A DNA stretch of 42,907 nucleotides, the filler included, from a candidate division NPL-UPA2 bacterium Unc8 (GTDB taxonomy: Bacteria; NPL-UPA2), in the NCBI GenBank assembly GCA_003574845.1. It is 2 parts of 2 records of this genome, joined end to end, with 100 filler letters (N's around TTAATTAATTAA, not from the genome) between each part and the next. Parts side by side here need not be neighbours in the genome. Positions count along the whole stretch, not along the records: positions 12,823 to 42,907 come from NDHY01000009.1; 1 more part is not named here. One strand, 5' to 3'. Shown here one piece after another: positions 27,071 through 37,002 of the stretch. Within the stretch, counting starts at the first letter, position 1. Each line of letters begins with the position of its first letter. The notes under the pieces are model-generated. The model was given only the letters and a program-made list of their open reading frames with translations. It made no database searches and was not told where the DNA came from. Made by a program: the position numbers and the translations under genes.

Positions 27071-28261
27071 CTACCTTAAAGCCGGGCCTCTCTCAATTAT
27101 TCTTTTTTCTATCATCGCCAGTTCTTCTATGGTTGGCATCTCGCCTAATCTAACAATGACTTCTTTTTCATTGCCGCCTCTGATAATTCCCACTGTCGCT
27201 CTTTTCTCCACTCCGGTTCTGGCAACCTTGCGCTGCAAATCATGAGTGGTAAGAATCTCTTTTCCTTCAAATTCTGTGATTATATCTTTCGCTTTAAGCC
27301 CTGCTTTTGCTGCCGGTCCTCCTGGAATAACCTTACTAATCAAAACTCCTTTATCCTCTGTCAGTGGCTGAATGACTATTCCAAGCCAACCTCTTCTGAC
27401 TATCCCTTCCTCCAAAAGTTGACTATAAATATCTTTTACCATATTACTGGGAATAGCAAAGCCAAATACCATTGGCATGCCCATGCCACGGGTCATAATA
27501 AATGTATTCACTCCAATTACTTCGCCATCGCTGTTTAAGAGTGGGCCTCCACTACTTCCCGGGTGAATAGGGGCATCAGTCTGAATAAAGTTTTCAAAAT
27601 GCACCATTTCAAATCCAACGCGCCCCTTTCCGCTAATAATCCCTGCCGTTACTGTATGCTCAAGACCAAAGGGACTACCCACAGCAATTGCCCATTCTCC
27701 TACCCTTATCTTCTCGGAATCGCCAAAGCGTACCACCGGCAGGTCTTCCGGAACATCAATTTTAATCATTGCCAGATCAGTAAGAGGGTCGGTACCTACT
27801 ACCGTAGCCGGGATTTCTTTGTTGTCCCTGTATAGCCTTACCATTATCTCATCAACATCTTTAATTACATGATAGTTAGTAATAATATAACCATCTTTGT
27901 CCACAATGAAACCTGAACCCAATCCGGAGACCTGACGCTGAGGTGCCCTTGGTTCTCTTTTCCAATGCCGCTTGAATGGCTCAAAGAACTCGGGAAACAT
28001 CTCCTCAAAAGGCTTAAAGAAATGTTCTATCTCTCCAAATGGGTCAGCGACTCTCCGCGTAGTAACAATCTGGACAACAGACGGCTTTACCTCTTCGGCA
28101 ATCTTCGCAAAGAGACTTTCCGTCCTTTCCAGCTGTCGTGGTAGACCTGCCTGAATGAGTTCTGTCTCTTTTGAAAAGTAATTAAGGCCAATGCCAGCAA
28201 TTATTCCTAAAAGAAGCACAGGCATTAACCAAATTGCCGATACTCCCCTCTCTTTTTTCAT
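27071..28261 (-). CDS. HtrA/DegP-family serine protease with a single PDZ domain
   Basis: GSGFI, TNYHV, TDLA, QTDA.I.PGSSGGPL, RGWLGI. Confidence 0.92.
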   Translation of the reverse strand: MKKERGVSAIWLMPVLLLGIIAGIGLNYFSKETELIQAGLPRQLERTESLFAKIAEEVKPSVVQIVTTRRVADPFGEIEHFFKPFEEMFPEFFEPFKRHWKREPRAPQRQVSGLGSGFIVDKDGYIITNYHVIKDVDEIMVRLYRDNKEIPATVVGTDPLTDLAMIKIDVPEDLPVVRFGDSEKIRVGEWAIAVGSPFGLEHTVTAGIISGKGRVGFEMVHFENFIQTDAPIHPGSSGGPLLNSDGEVIGVNTFIMTRGMGMPMVFGFAIPSNMVKDIYSQLLEEGIVRRGWLGIVIQPLTEDKGVLISKVIPGGPAAKAGLKAKDIITEFEGKEILTTHDLQRKVARTGVEKRATVGIIRGGNEKEVIVRLGEMPTIEELAMIEKRIIERGPALR

Positions 28262-28271
28262 TTTAAACCCC

Positions 28272-29285
28272 CTATTCTGTGACTGACAGCCCGGCGGCTT
28301 TTTTTGTCTTATTAGTAATTTCTACGGCAAGCTCTGGATGCTCTTTCAAATAAGTTGTTGCTTTTTCCTGCCCCTGTCCAATTTTTTCCTTGTTGTAGAT
28401 GAGCCAGGAACCTGCTTTTTCAACAACGCCATGCTCTACGGCAGCATCAAGAATGCTCCCCTCCTTTGAGATTCCCTCGCCGTAAATGATATTAAGCCTT
28501 GCTTCATGGAATGGGGCAGCAAGTTTATTTTTGGCAACCTTTACTCGCACTCGATTGCCAATCTCCCTCACCCCATCCTTAATTGGCTCTTTTCTGCGAA
28601 TATCAAGCCGCACTGAAGCATAAAACTTGAGTGCTCTTCCACCTGGAGTAGTCTCCGGATTGCCAAACATTACACCGATTTTTTCTCTTATCTGATTAAC
28701 AAATATGACCGATGTTTTTGATTTGCTGATGGCGGCGGTGAGTTTGCGCAGCACCTGAGACATCAAACGCGCCTGAAGACCCATATGACTATCTCCCATT
28801 TCTCCTTCAATCTCAGAGCGGGGAACAAGAGCAGCTACTGAATCAATAACTATCACATCAATGGCATTTGACCGCACAAGCGTTTCCACTATTTCCATCG
28901 CCTGTTCTCCCCAGTCAGGTTGAGAGATAATAAGAGTGTCTATGTTCACTCCTAATTTTCGAGAATAATCCGGATCAAGGGCATGCTCAACATCAATAAA
29001 TGCTGCGGTTCCGCCCTGCGCCTGCGCCTCTGCCACAACATGAAGCGCCAATGTTGTTTTTCCCGATGATTCAGGGCCAAATATTTCTATCACTCTTCCC
29101 CGGGGAACGCCGCCAATCCCGAGAGCAATGTCAAGACTAAGCGCCCCTGTAGATATTCTTTCTACCCCTACCGCCACTTTACTCTGCCCAAGCCTCATAA
29201 TTGAGCCTTTGCCAAACTGCTTTTCAATCTGAGAAAATGCCAGGTTAAGTGCGCTTTCCTTATTAGCTTTTGTCTCTTCTGTCAT
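28272..29285 (-). CDS. recA: Recombinase A (start ATG 29285)
   Basis: [41 protein letters not shown]. Confidence 0.98.
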   Translation of the reverse strand: MTEETKANKESALNLAFSQIEKQFGKGSIMRLGQSKVAVGVERISTGALSLDIALGIGGVPRGRVIEIFGPESSGKTTLALHVVAEAQAQGGTAAFIDVEHALDPDYSRKLGVNIDTLIISQPDWGEQAMEIVETLVRSNAIDVIVIDSVAALVPRSEIEGEMGDSHMGLQARLMSQVLRKLTAAISKSKTSVIFVNQIREKIGVMFGNPETTPGGRALKFYASVRLDIRRKEPIKDGVREIGNRVRVKVAKNKLAAPFHEARLNIIYGEGISKEGSILDAAVEHGVVEKAGSWLIYNKEKIGQGQEKATTYLKEHPELAVEITNKTKKAAGLSVTE

Positions 29286-29295
29286 CTTAATTCTC

Positions 29296-29883
29296 CTATC
29301 TTTTATTAGCCCCTTTTTTGCCAATTTCTACTATATGAAGCGATGAATGTTGCGCTCCCTCCGACTTGAGAATACTTTTCATTACCTTTATCTTTTTAGC
29401 CATCAGTAAGCCTCCATCCCAATTTTCATTTATCTCAATTGCTCTTACCAATCCTTCCTTATTCTTTGACGACCGCACTCTTCCAAGTGTTAGATGAGGA
29501 TGATAATCTCTCTTGTCTTCCGGAAATCCACACTGTTTGAGAAGACCGCTAAGATTCTGACTGATAACGGAAAGTATTTTGCTTTCTTTTATTCCTGCCC
29601 AGATTACCCGCGGCCTCTTCAAGTCGGGAAAGACGCCTATCTTTGAGAGAAAAAGTTTAAACGGTTCAATATCACAGACAGAGTCTTCAGTTGCTTTAAA
29701 GATACACTTCAGGTGAGAAACATAACCTAAAAATCTTAAGGTAAGATGAATATTTTCAGGCACTACCCATCGAACGTCAGCGTCACACTTTTGTAACTTT
29801 CCTTGAATGTCAGCCAGCCTCTGTTGCACCTCCTCATCTATGTCTATGGCAATAAACACCCTATTCTTATCTTCGCTGTTCAT
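29296..29883 (-). CDS. thpR: RNA 2',3'-cyclic phosphodiesterase (2H family)
   Basis: R.FIAI and two HxT motifs (HLTL.FLG, PHLTLGR). Confidence 0.9.
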   Translation of the reverse strand: MNSEDKNRVFIAIDIDEEVQQRLADIQGKLQKCDADVRWVVPENIHLTLRFLGYVSHLKCIFKATEDSVCDIEPFKLFLSKIGVFPDLKRPRVIWAGIKESKILSVISQNLSGLLKQCGFPEDKRDYHPHLTLGRVRSSKNKEGLVRAIEINENWDGGLLMAKKIKVMKSILKSEGAQHSSLHIVEIGKKGANKR

Positions 29884-29937
29884 TAGATTATACAACAGGT
29901 AAGCAAAAGATAGCAACAAGATATGAGTTATAACTCT

Positions 29938-30465
29938 TCAGCACGTAAGGGTTCTTCTTACCAGCTTTAGCGCTGCCTCAGAGGCACGCAATTTTATTGC
30001 GCTTCGTTCTCCTGTGAAGTGATATTCTTCGCAGATGACTCTGTTGCCATCAGCAAGCCCCAGATAAACAAGCCCAACAGGTTTTTCTGTCGTTCCTCCT
30101 TCCGGACCCGCAATCCCGGTTATAGCAATGCCGATGTCAGCAGAGCTTGATTTCCTTACTCCATCTGCCATCAACTCTGCTACTTGAGAGCTGACGGCAC
30201 CAAACCTTTTAATCATTTCCGGGGGAACTCCTAAAAGTCTAATCTTCGCTTCATTACTATAGGCAATAATTCCCTCACGGAAATAACATGAGCTTCCAGG
30301 CACATCCGTCAACTTACTGGATACAATGCCCCCGGTACAGGACTCGGCAACAGCTATTGTTTTATTCTTTGAAGTCAAAAGGCCGGCGACAATTCTCTCA
30401 AGAGACTCTCTACCCACGTCAGGGAGACAATCCCATTTTGAATTCATATTAGCATGCTTCCTCAA
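29938..30465 (-). CDS. pncC: CinA C-terminal domain / NMN deamidase
   Basis: AESCTGG, GSS, YSNEAK, GAVS, ITGIAGP.GG...KPVG. Confidence 0.9.
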   Translation of the reverse strand: MRKHANMNSKWDCLPDVGRESLERIVAGLLTSKNKTIAVAESCTGGIVSSKLTDVPGSSCYFREGIIAYSNEAKIRLLGVPPEMIKRFGAVSSQVAELMADGVRKSSSADIGIAITGIAGPEGGTTEKPVGLVYLGLADGNRVICEEYHFTGERSAIKLRASEAALKLVRRTLTC

Positions 30466-30471
30466 GAGACT

Positions 30472-30732
30472 TTATTTTTTGAAAACAATGTCGTGTTCCC
30501 GCACTCTCTCACTAACTTTAATACCGACGGCGTCTCCTTTCTTTCCTTCAGAGATAGAGTTATGCTCTATCTGTATGGAAGAGACATCCTGCTCAAAATC
30601 CGTTGTATGTCCCTTGATATGAATTTTGTCTCCAACCTTGAGTGGAGCGGTCAGTTCAATAACTGCAACCCCTGCCTTATCAAAGTAGTGAGTAGCTCTT
30701 CCAATCTCCTCCTCATTCCTTTCCTCTGTCAT
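30472..30732 (-). CDS. Small translation-factor-like beta-barrel protein
   Basis: IG..THYF.K.GVA, L.VGD.I.I.GHTT, V.S.QI, G..VG.KV...VR..D.V. Confidence 0.75.
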   Translation of the reverse strand: MTEERNEEEIGRATHYFDKAGVAVIELTAPLKVGDKIHIKGHTTDFEQDVSSIQIEHNSISEGKKGDAVGIKVSERVREHDIVFKK

Positions 30733-30759
30733 CTTATTTTCACCTCCCCGGTTAATAAT

Positions 30760-31224
30760 CTATAGTCGAGAATCCAGAATTGTCGGCTTTTCCCACGTAT
30801 TTCCTAAGTATCTTGCTTCTCCACAAAACTGATTTTGATGAGCTTTTTTAATATCCTCTCCTATGTCAGGACGAAAGTCTATTTCTGGAAGAGAATTAAG
30901 GTCAATCTTTCCTACATCTTCAAGGATTTCCTCACTTCCTAATTTTAGCTCACCGCCCAATATTTTTCCAGTGAAATAAAGGTCAATTATATGGCGATGC
31001 CCATCTGGAGGAATAGCATCCCCGATAAAGGCAAGTTTTCCTAATTCTATCCTGAGATTTATCTCTTCTTCTATCTCCCTTATTGCCGCCTCGCCTAATG
31101 TCTCTCCATATTCTACCGTACCGCCTGGAAGAACCCAGTAACTGTGCCCTTCCTTACGATGTTTAACAAGATACAGCTTTCCATCTTCAATTAGAATGAG
31201 AGATACTCTTATTTTGGGATACAT
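30760..31224 (-). CDS. NUDIX hydrolase
   Basis: Nudix box GGTVEYGETLGEAAIREIEEE. Confidence 0.9.
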   Translation of the reverse strand: MYPKIRVSLILIEDGKLYLVKHRKEGHSYWVLPGGTVEYGETLGEAAIREIEEEINLRIELGKLAFIGDAIPPDGHRHIIDLYFTGKILGGELKLGSEEILEDVGKIDLNSLPEIDFRPDIGEDIKKAHQNQFCGEARYLGNTWEKPTILDSRL

Positions 31225-32309
31225 TCTATGGCAGCTTCCACTTTGTTCATCAATTCATCCAGCCCTGTTTTCTTCAGGGCAGAAATTGGAATGCCATCAG
31301 GAAATTCATTCTGAATTTGCCGTCTCTCTACAGCATCCGGGATGAGGTCTATTTTATTAAGAGCAGTGATAACCGTGGTTTCTCCTGCTCCAATTTCATT
31401 GAGAACGTTCAGGACAACCTTATTCTGCTCTTCTCGCATAGGGTGGCTTGCATCTAAAACATTGATGAGGATATCTGCTTCAACAACCTCTTCAAGGGTT
31501 GCCTTAAAAGCGGCAATAAGGTCATGCGGAAGCTGTCTGATAAAGCCGACCGTGTCTGTCATAAGAATTTCCCTGTTAGAAGAAAAAAATACCTTCCTTG
31601 TCGTTGGGTCAAGCGTTGAGAAAAGTCTATCCTCAACTGTTATATCAGAATGACCCAGTGTGTTCAGAAGAGTTGACTTCCCGGAGTTCGTATATCCAAC
31701 AAGCAGGGCGACTTGAAAAGAATGACTTTTTCTTCCCTTCCGCAGCAACGTTCTATGCTTTTTTACTTTTTCTATCTGCTCTTCAATTTTCCTGAGGCGG
31801 CGTCGAATTGCCCTGCGGTCAATTTCCAGTTGAGGCTCACCATGCCCTCTTCCGCCCAATATTCCGCTAACTTGTGAAAGCCCAACCCCCTTCCCTGTAA
31901 GTCGGGAAAGAAGATGCTTCAGTTGTGCTAACTCTACCTGCAGCTTGCCTTCTTGTGACCGCGCTCTCTGTGAGAAAATGTCAAGTATAAGCTGGGTTCT
32001 ATCAATTATTCTTGCATTAATAATTCTTTCCAGGTTACGCTGTTGAACAGGTTTGAGCTCGCTGTCAAAAATCACCAGGTTACATCCTGCTTCGCTAATT
32101 GCCCTTTCCATTTCCTCTGCCTGCCCTTGACCGATGAAAGTTGCAGGGTGGGGCTTTGACTGCCTTAAAGTGCTGACAAAGCAAACCTTAACTCCAAGGG
32201 TCTCTGTAAGTAGCTTTAATTCAGCAATGGCATTCTCTAATCCCCAGCGGCGGGGTCCCGGCTTAATCAAGACAAGCGCAGCCTTTTCCTTCCCCTGTGT
32301 AGAAAGCAT
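31209..32309 (-). CDS. hflX: GTPase HflX
   Basis: IDRTQLILDIF, EGKLQVELAQL, GYTNSGKST, LDPT, DTVGFI, NKID. Confidence 0.96.
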   Translation of the reverse strand: MLSTQGKEKAALVLIKPGPRRWGLENAIAELKLLTETLGVKVCFVSTLRQSKPHPATFIGQGQAEEMERAISEAGCNLVIFDSELKPVQQRNLERIINARIIDRTQLILDIFSQRARSQEGKLQVELAQLKHLLSRLTGKGVGLSQVSGILGGRGHGEPQLEIDRRAIRRRLRKIEEQIEKVKKHRTLLRKGRKSHSFQVALLVGYTNSGKSTLLNTLGHSDITVEDRLFSTLDPTTRKVFFSSNREILMTDTVGFIRQLPHDLIAAFKATLEEVVEADILINVLDASHPMREEQNKVVLNVLNEIGAGETTVITALNKIDLIPDAVERRQIQNEFPDGIPISALKKTGLDELMNKVEAAIECIPK

Positions 32310-32320
32310 TGTTTTAATAA

Positions 32321-33241
32321 TTATCTCCTTGTGGTTAACATGCCACTTGCTATCCGCTGTAGAATTAGTTCTTCGCTGTTATCTTTATCAGCGTCAATCC
32401 AGCGAATACGGCTTTCCTTGCGAAACCAGGTAAGCTGTCTTTTAGCATACCTTCTGGTATTGCGTTTTGTGAGCCTTTTTGCCTCTCCTAAGCCATAATT
32501 ATCCTTGAGATAACCGCAGACTTCTTTATATCCAAGCCCCTGCATAGATGGGAGACATTCTTCGTATCCTTTATTTAGCAAGCCCTCCGTTTCAGCAACA
32601 AGACCAAGAGTAAACATTCTCTCAACTCTATCTTCAATCCTCTCATAAAGATTCCGGGTGGTTCTCATCAACCCGATTACAACAAGATTTAGTTCACTGT
32701 TTTTTTCAGCAGATTGAAAAGATGAAAACGGTTTTCCAGTGACCTTATAAACCTCAATGGCTCTGATTATTCTTACAACATCATTGGAATGGATTTTTGC
32801 TGCAGCGTGCGGGTCAAGAGCTTGCAGACGCTTGTGAAGACGTGCCGACCCAAGCTGCTTCACTTCTTCTTCCAATTCTTTCCTTGTCTTCGGGTCATCT
32901 CCACAGTCAGTATCAAGTCCATTTGTAAACGCTCTCAAGTAAAGTCCGCAACCCCCAACTAATATCGGAACTTTCCCTTTTTTTTCTATTTCCCTGATCG
33001 CTCTTCGTGCATCCCGGCAAAACTGTCCGGCGCTGTATTTCTCATCAGGAAAAATAATGTCAATGAGGTGGTAAGGCGCTTTTTCCTGCTCCGCCTTCGT
33101 TGGCTTTGCCGTTCCAATATCCATATACTTAAAGACTTTCCTTGAGTCAACGGAGATAATCTCTCCTCCTATCTTATGAGCTAATCTTGAAGCGGCCCCT
33201 GCCTTTCCGACCGCTGTAGCGCCACAAACAGCAAGAATCAT
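32321..33241 (-). CDS. miaA: tRNA dimethylallyltransferase
   Basis: DS, MDIGTAKP, VGG.GLY, GYKE, TRRYAKRQ.TWFR. Confidence 0.95.
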   Translation of the reverse strand: MILAVCGATAVGKAGAASRLAHKIGGEIISVDSRKVFKYMDIGTAKPTKAEQEKAPYHLIDIIFPDEKYSAGQFCRDARRAIREIEKKGKVPILVGGCGLYLRAFTNGLDTDCGDDPKTRKELEEEVKQLGSARLHKRLQALDPHAAAKIHSNDVVRIIRAIEVYKVTGKPFSSFQSAEKNSELNLVVIGLMRTTRNLYERIEDRVERMFTLGLVAETEGLLNKGYEECLPSMQGLGYKEVCGYLKDNYGLGEAKRLTKRNTRRYAKRQLTWFRKESRIRWIDADKDNSEELILQRIASGMLTTRR

Positions 33242-33244
33242 TGC

Positions 33245-33580
33245 TCACTCCTCCCGCACCGCTTCCGTTACCCATTTAAGATAGCTTGAATTAACATCTT
33301 CTACTTTCAACAGCACTATCTCCGAAACTTCATAAGGATGGATTTCTTCTAATTTTTTAAGTGTTCGGCAGACAAACTCATCCGTTGTTTTCAAAAAAAG
33401 TATGCACTCATCATCTGTCCGGATTTCCCCCTTCCAGAAATACTTACTTTTCACCGGGCCAATCCTGTTCACGCAGGCGACGAGCTTTTCTTCAAGCAAT
33501 AGATTTGTAATCCCTTCTGCTTTGTCCTGAGGACAAGTGGTCATAATCAGTTTTAATTTATCTTTCCCTGCAATGTCCAT
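33245..33580 (-). CDS. cutA: Divalent-cation tolerance protein CutA
   Basis: L.ACVN, S.Y.WKG, HPYEV.EI, YL.W. Confidence 0.9.
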   Translation of the reverse strand: MDIAGKDKLKLIMTTCPQDKAEGITNLLLEEKLVACVNRIGPVKSKYFWKGEIRTDDECILFLKTTDEFVCRTLKKLEEIHPYEVSEIVLLKVEDVNSSYLKWVTEAVREE

Positions 33581-34947
33581 TGACAGGCCCCCGTAATAGT
33601 AACATCCACTAATTTTCCGATTATACCTTTTTCTCCCTTGAAAGTAACAACTTTATTTGTCCTTGTCCTGCCTAATAATTTGGAAGGAGCTTTCTTCTTT
33701 GTTCCATCAACCAGCACCTCAACTCTCCTGCCAAGGAAGTTTTCATTTCTCTTAAGGCTCATTTCTCTCTGAATCTCCTGCAGCCTCCTAAGCCGCTCCT
33801 TCTTTATATTTTCAGGAACTTCATTCTTCATTCCTGCCGCTTTAGTTCCAGGGCGAATAGAATACTTATACATAAATGCGTTGTCAAACCCAACCTTCCT
33901 CATTACATCAAGTGTGTCTTCAAACTCCGCCTCACTTTCCCCGGGAAAGCCGACAATAAGGTCTGTCGTTATTGATAACTCCGGAATGATTTCTCTTGCC
34001 TTTGAAGCAAGGTTTAAATAAAAATCTCTCGTGTATCCCCTGTTCATCAGCTTAAGGATTCTATCAGAGCCGGACTGCAATGGAAGATGAAGATGCTCGC
34101 AGACCTTCGGCAGGTCAGAAACTGCCTTTAGCAGGCGTGAGGTTACCCCTGATGGATGAGAAGTAATAAAGCGGATGCGTTCCACTCCATCAATGCTGTT
34201 AACCTCCTTGAGTAAATACGAGAGGTCAATATCTTTCCATTCATTGCTCATTTTGGATTTATATTTATATGAGGTAATATCCTGCCCGAGAAGCAAAAAT
34301 TCCTTAAAACCCTGTTCTGTCAGATGGACTATTTCATCAATAATTTCCTCAGGTCCCCTACTCTTCTCCTTTCCTCTCAGATACGGAACCACGCAATATG
34401 AGCAGAATTTACTACATCCTCTCATAATCGCCAGCGATGTGCTAACTCTTCCATCTTTCCTGACTGGAAGTCTAAAAAATGGCAGTTTCTCACTTTCTCC
34501 AATATTAACAATTCCCTTTACCCTGTTAGAAGTCTTACCTCTAACGGGGTTTGCTGTTTTCACCTCATTTAGGAGTTCCCCTATTTGATGAAAGTTATGT
34601 GTCCCGCAAACCAGACTCACAGAAGGAAAGCGGCGAATAATTTTTGCCCCTTCTTTCTGAGCCATACACCCGCACACCCCGATAGTTAATGGCTTATTCT
34701 CTCTAATCTTTGATAATCGCCCCAGCTCACTCCACACCTTATCTTCAGCGTGCTCTCGGACGCTACAAGTATTAAGGAGAACCACATCAGCCTTTGAAGT
34801 ATCATCTACAAGACCATATCCATCGTCGGTTAAAATACCCGCCATAATCTCCGAATCATACTCGTTCATCTGACAGCCGAAAGTACGGATGTAGACTTTT
34901 AGTCGGCACTCCGAACTCTGGTTAGAAAGCTGATTTACTCGCTTCAT
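33553..34947 (-). CDS. miaB: tRNA-2-methylthio-N6-dimethylallyladenosine synthase
   Basis: TFGCQMN.YDS, NTCSVR, GCMAQ, CxxxCxxC (CSKFCSYC), IVGFPGE, TRAM domain. Confidence 0.96.
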   Translation of the reverse strand: MKRVNQLSNQSSECRLKVYIRTFGCQMNEYDSEIMAGILTDDGYGLVDDTSKADVVLLNTCSVREHAEDKVWSELGRLSKIRENKPLTIGVCGCMAQKEGAKIIRRFPSVSLVCGTHNFHQIGELLNEVKTANPVRGKTSNRVKGIVNIGESEKLPFFRLPVRKDGRVSTSLAIMRGCSKFCSYCVVPYLRGKEKSRGPEEIIDEIVHLTEQGFKEFLLLGQDITSYKYKSKMSNEWKDIDLSYLLKEVNSIDGVERIRFITSHPSGVTSRLLKAVSDLPKVCEHLHLPLQSGSDRILKLMNRGYTRDFYLNLASKAREIIPELSITTDLIVGFPGESEAEFEDTLDVMRKVGFDNAFMYKYSIRPGTKAAGMKNEVPENIKKERLRRLQEIQREMSLKRNENFLGRRVEVLVDGTKKKAPSKLLGRTRTNKVVTFKGEKGIIGKLVDVTITGACQWTLQGKIN

Positions 34948-34982
34948 TTGTCAAATTTTCCTTCCGCTTCCACATTAATTTT

Positions 34983-35096
34983 TTATCCTAACCTCTTCCG
35001 CTTGGCAAAATCCTCAAGATATTCCCGTTGGACCTCAAGCGAATATCCTTCCTTGGCTGCTTTAGTACTAACGCGAATATAAATAGCAATTTTCAT
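34983..35096 (-). pseudogene. Truncated serine recombinase, 37-aa N-terminal stub (unit B)
   Basis: Manual translation MKIAIYIRVSTKAAKEGYSLEVQREYLEDFAKRKRLG*, with the Y.RVST catalytic motif and EGYS...Q. Confidence 0.85.
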
Positions 35097-35113
35097 TTTT
35101 ATCAAAGCATCAT

Positions 35114-35961
35114 TCATTTTAAAATTTTATTGAATCATACAAATACCTTACCGAGATCAAATTTTTTCCCTAAGCGGATAACGGGTATTAAATCTGTTCC
35201 TACCTGACGTTGAAGCAAATTAACCGATTCTTCATTTAAACCAAAGTTATATCTATAATCGCCTGAATATCCTTCAGCATCAAGTTTCTTCTTAAAAATG
35301 GTGAGAAATTCTTATCATAAAAATCAAAACCAAATTCTGAAATATACCAAAGGTCGTAATAATCCCTTATCGCTACATCTCTTCTGGATATGGCAGCTTT
35401 GAGTTTCTCGGCAACCGCTTCTTTCCATGACAATGACAAAACCTTTCCTGATGGAAATAAGTCTTCACCTGTAAATGGATCTTGATAAAAATGTTTTATC
35501 TCGATATTAACAGGTTTTTCAATAGGATGCTGGCGAAGGGATATTTCGATTTTAATCATATCATCCTTATTCATTAATACAGAATGATATTTAACTTTGA
35601 ATATGTATTGCCTTGAATTATCAAAACCTTCTCCCTCCAGTTTATCACTTGTTAAACCCAGAGCTTTTAAAAATGAAGGCATTTTTTCTCGTATAGGAGT
35701 TATTGCTTTTGATCTTTGGGCACGTGATGAAAATTGAGCATTATATGTAAAATCTAAATCCTCGCTTAAACGATGATAGTTTAAATGCGCTTTATTAAGC
35801 AAAGTGCCACCTTTAAACACAATCTTATCTGTGAGCAATTCTTCAATTTTGTTCAATATAACCGTAAGGTAATAGTCTTTTTCCACAATAGCTGGCCTAA
35901 ACTTCATCTTACCAGCTATAACTGGGATAATATCTTTGAGCTTTTCTCTATCTATTAACAA
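35114..35961 (-). pseudogene. abiEii: AbiEii-family nucleotidyltransferase toxin, probably frameshifted near 35310
   Basis: VEKDY, FKGGTLL, RLSEDLDF, AEKL.A, RD.YDL; likely TTG start at 35961. The called ORF stops at 35236, but another frame continues FLTIFKKKLDAEGY...FDLGKVFV*FNKILK*. Confidence 0.8.
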
Positions 35962-36739
35962 TGATCTTCCACTCCTTATTAATTTTGCCTTTTCGAGATT
36001 GCCTGAAAGGATCAAGGGGCACAAGCACTCTTTTTTCTCCTATTGCTTTATGTAGCGGTTGTAGTGTATCTTTAGAGCACCCATATTCCTCTAAGAAAAA
36101 TCCTACTCTCTTCCTTACCGCGATAACAGGAAATTTAATTAAATATTTAACGAATTTTTCAACATCTATGTTTTTAATGTTATCTTGTAACGCGACCTCA
36201 AAATTACGCATGGAACCTAATGGATTATAGGCAAAGTCCACAAGGGTCCTTTCTTTATCACTTATAAAAACCTCTTGGTCTTCTACTTTAATCTTTTGTA
36301 CGCCATAATATTTTTCTGGTTTAATTTTTACGGCTTCATACCGTATCCCGCTAATATCCTTCTTTGATGATTTCTCAGTATTTAAAACAAAAATAGTCCG
36401 AGGGATCTGCTCGGTAAAACCCCAGTAATTATACATAGTGAAGTATCCTATGTAATAAGACCTATCTCCCATCCACAAAGCGGCAACAATAAATTCATTA
36501 GGCATCCACTGTTGATTAGGAGCCTTTATGGGGACAAGGATATATTTACCTTTTTCAATTTGAATAAAACGCTCCTTTTGGGTAAGTCTATTTAATATAT
36601 TCGCGGCTTTTTTTGCAACACCAAAGATATTTCTAACATATTCCGTTGTTATAAGTCTCTTTTTCTCGTACTCAATTCGGGATATTAAATAAAGTTCGTC
36701 TTTAGAGAGGCTCTTATATTTTGCAGATATTTTTTTCAT
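35948..36739 (-). CDS. abiEi: AbiEi-family antitoxin / transcriptional regulator
   Basis: N-terminal wHTH (L.RL..K.....IEKGKY), YYIG....YWG.TEQIP, SDKERTLVD, KR.G..LE. Confidence 0.85.
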   Translation of the reverse strand: MKKISAKYKSLSKDELYLISRIEYEKKRLITTEYVRNIFGVAKKAANILNRLTQKERFIQIEKGKYILVPIKAPNQQWMPNEFIVAALWMGDRSYYIGYFTMYNYWGFTEQIPRTIFVLNTEKSSKKDISGIRYEAVKIKPEKYYGVQKIKVEDQEVFISDKERTLVDFAYNPLGSMRNFEVALQDNIKNIDVEKFVKYLIKFPVIAVRKRVGFFLEEYGCSKDTLQPLHKAIGEKRVLVPLDPFRQSRKGKINKEWKIIVNR

Positions 36740-36791
36740 TGTTTTCCTTTCGCTATATTCTCACTTTTTGAGACTTCATTGAACGATTTAC

Positions 36792-36820
36792 ATTATACAT
36801 ATTGCGCCCTGATATGTCAA
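36792..36820 (-). promoter_or_regulatory. Consensus sigma70 promoter of the abiE operon
   Basis: Minus strand TTGACA-17 nt-TATAAT, with an ACATAT/ATATGT inverted repeat around the spacer. Confidence 0.85.
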
Positions 36821-36852
36821 ATATATTTTTATCTGAATTGACAGGGGAAAAC

Positions 36853-36877
36853 AAGCAAAAGCCTGTTTCAGGTGGGT
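36853..36877. repeat. 25-bp direct repeat, copy 1
   Basis: AAGCAAAAGCCTGTTTCAGGTGGGT, identical to 41229-41253. Confidence 0.92.
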
Positions 36878-37002
36878 CAAACCAATGCTGGATCTTATAC
36901 TGAATAAATTCTAGCAATCCATTTTAATCCCTGAAATTCACCACGAATTTTCTTCAAAGGGATAGGGTCATCTTTTTTATACTTCCCATTGTAAGCATAG
37001 TT

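Noticed and set aside
30408-30429. CLPDVGR in the PncC N-terminus as another palindromic insert
   Set aside because: The stem is short and bulged, and too degenerate to tell from chance.
36864-36879. TGTTTCAGGTGGGTCA resembles parS (TGTTTCACGTGAAACA)
   Set aside because: Only the left half matches well, it is not palindromic, and copy 2 loses the terminal CA. Not supportable as parS.
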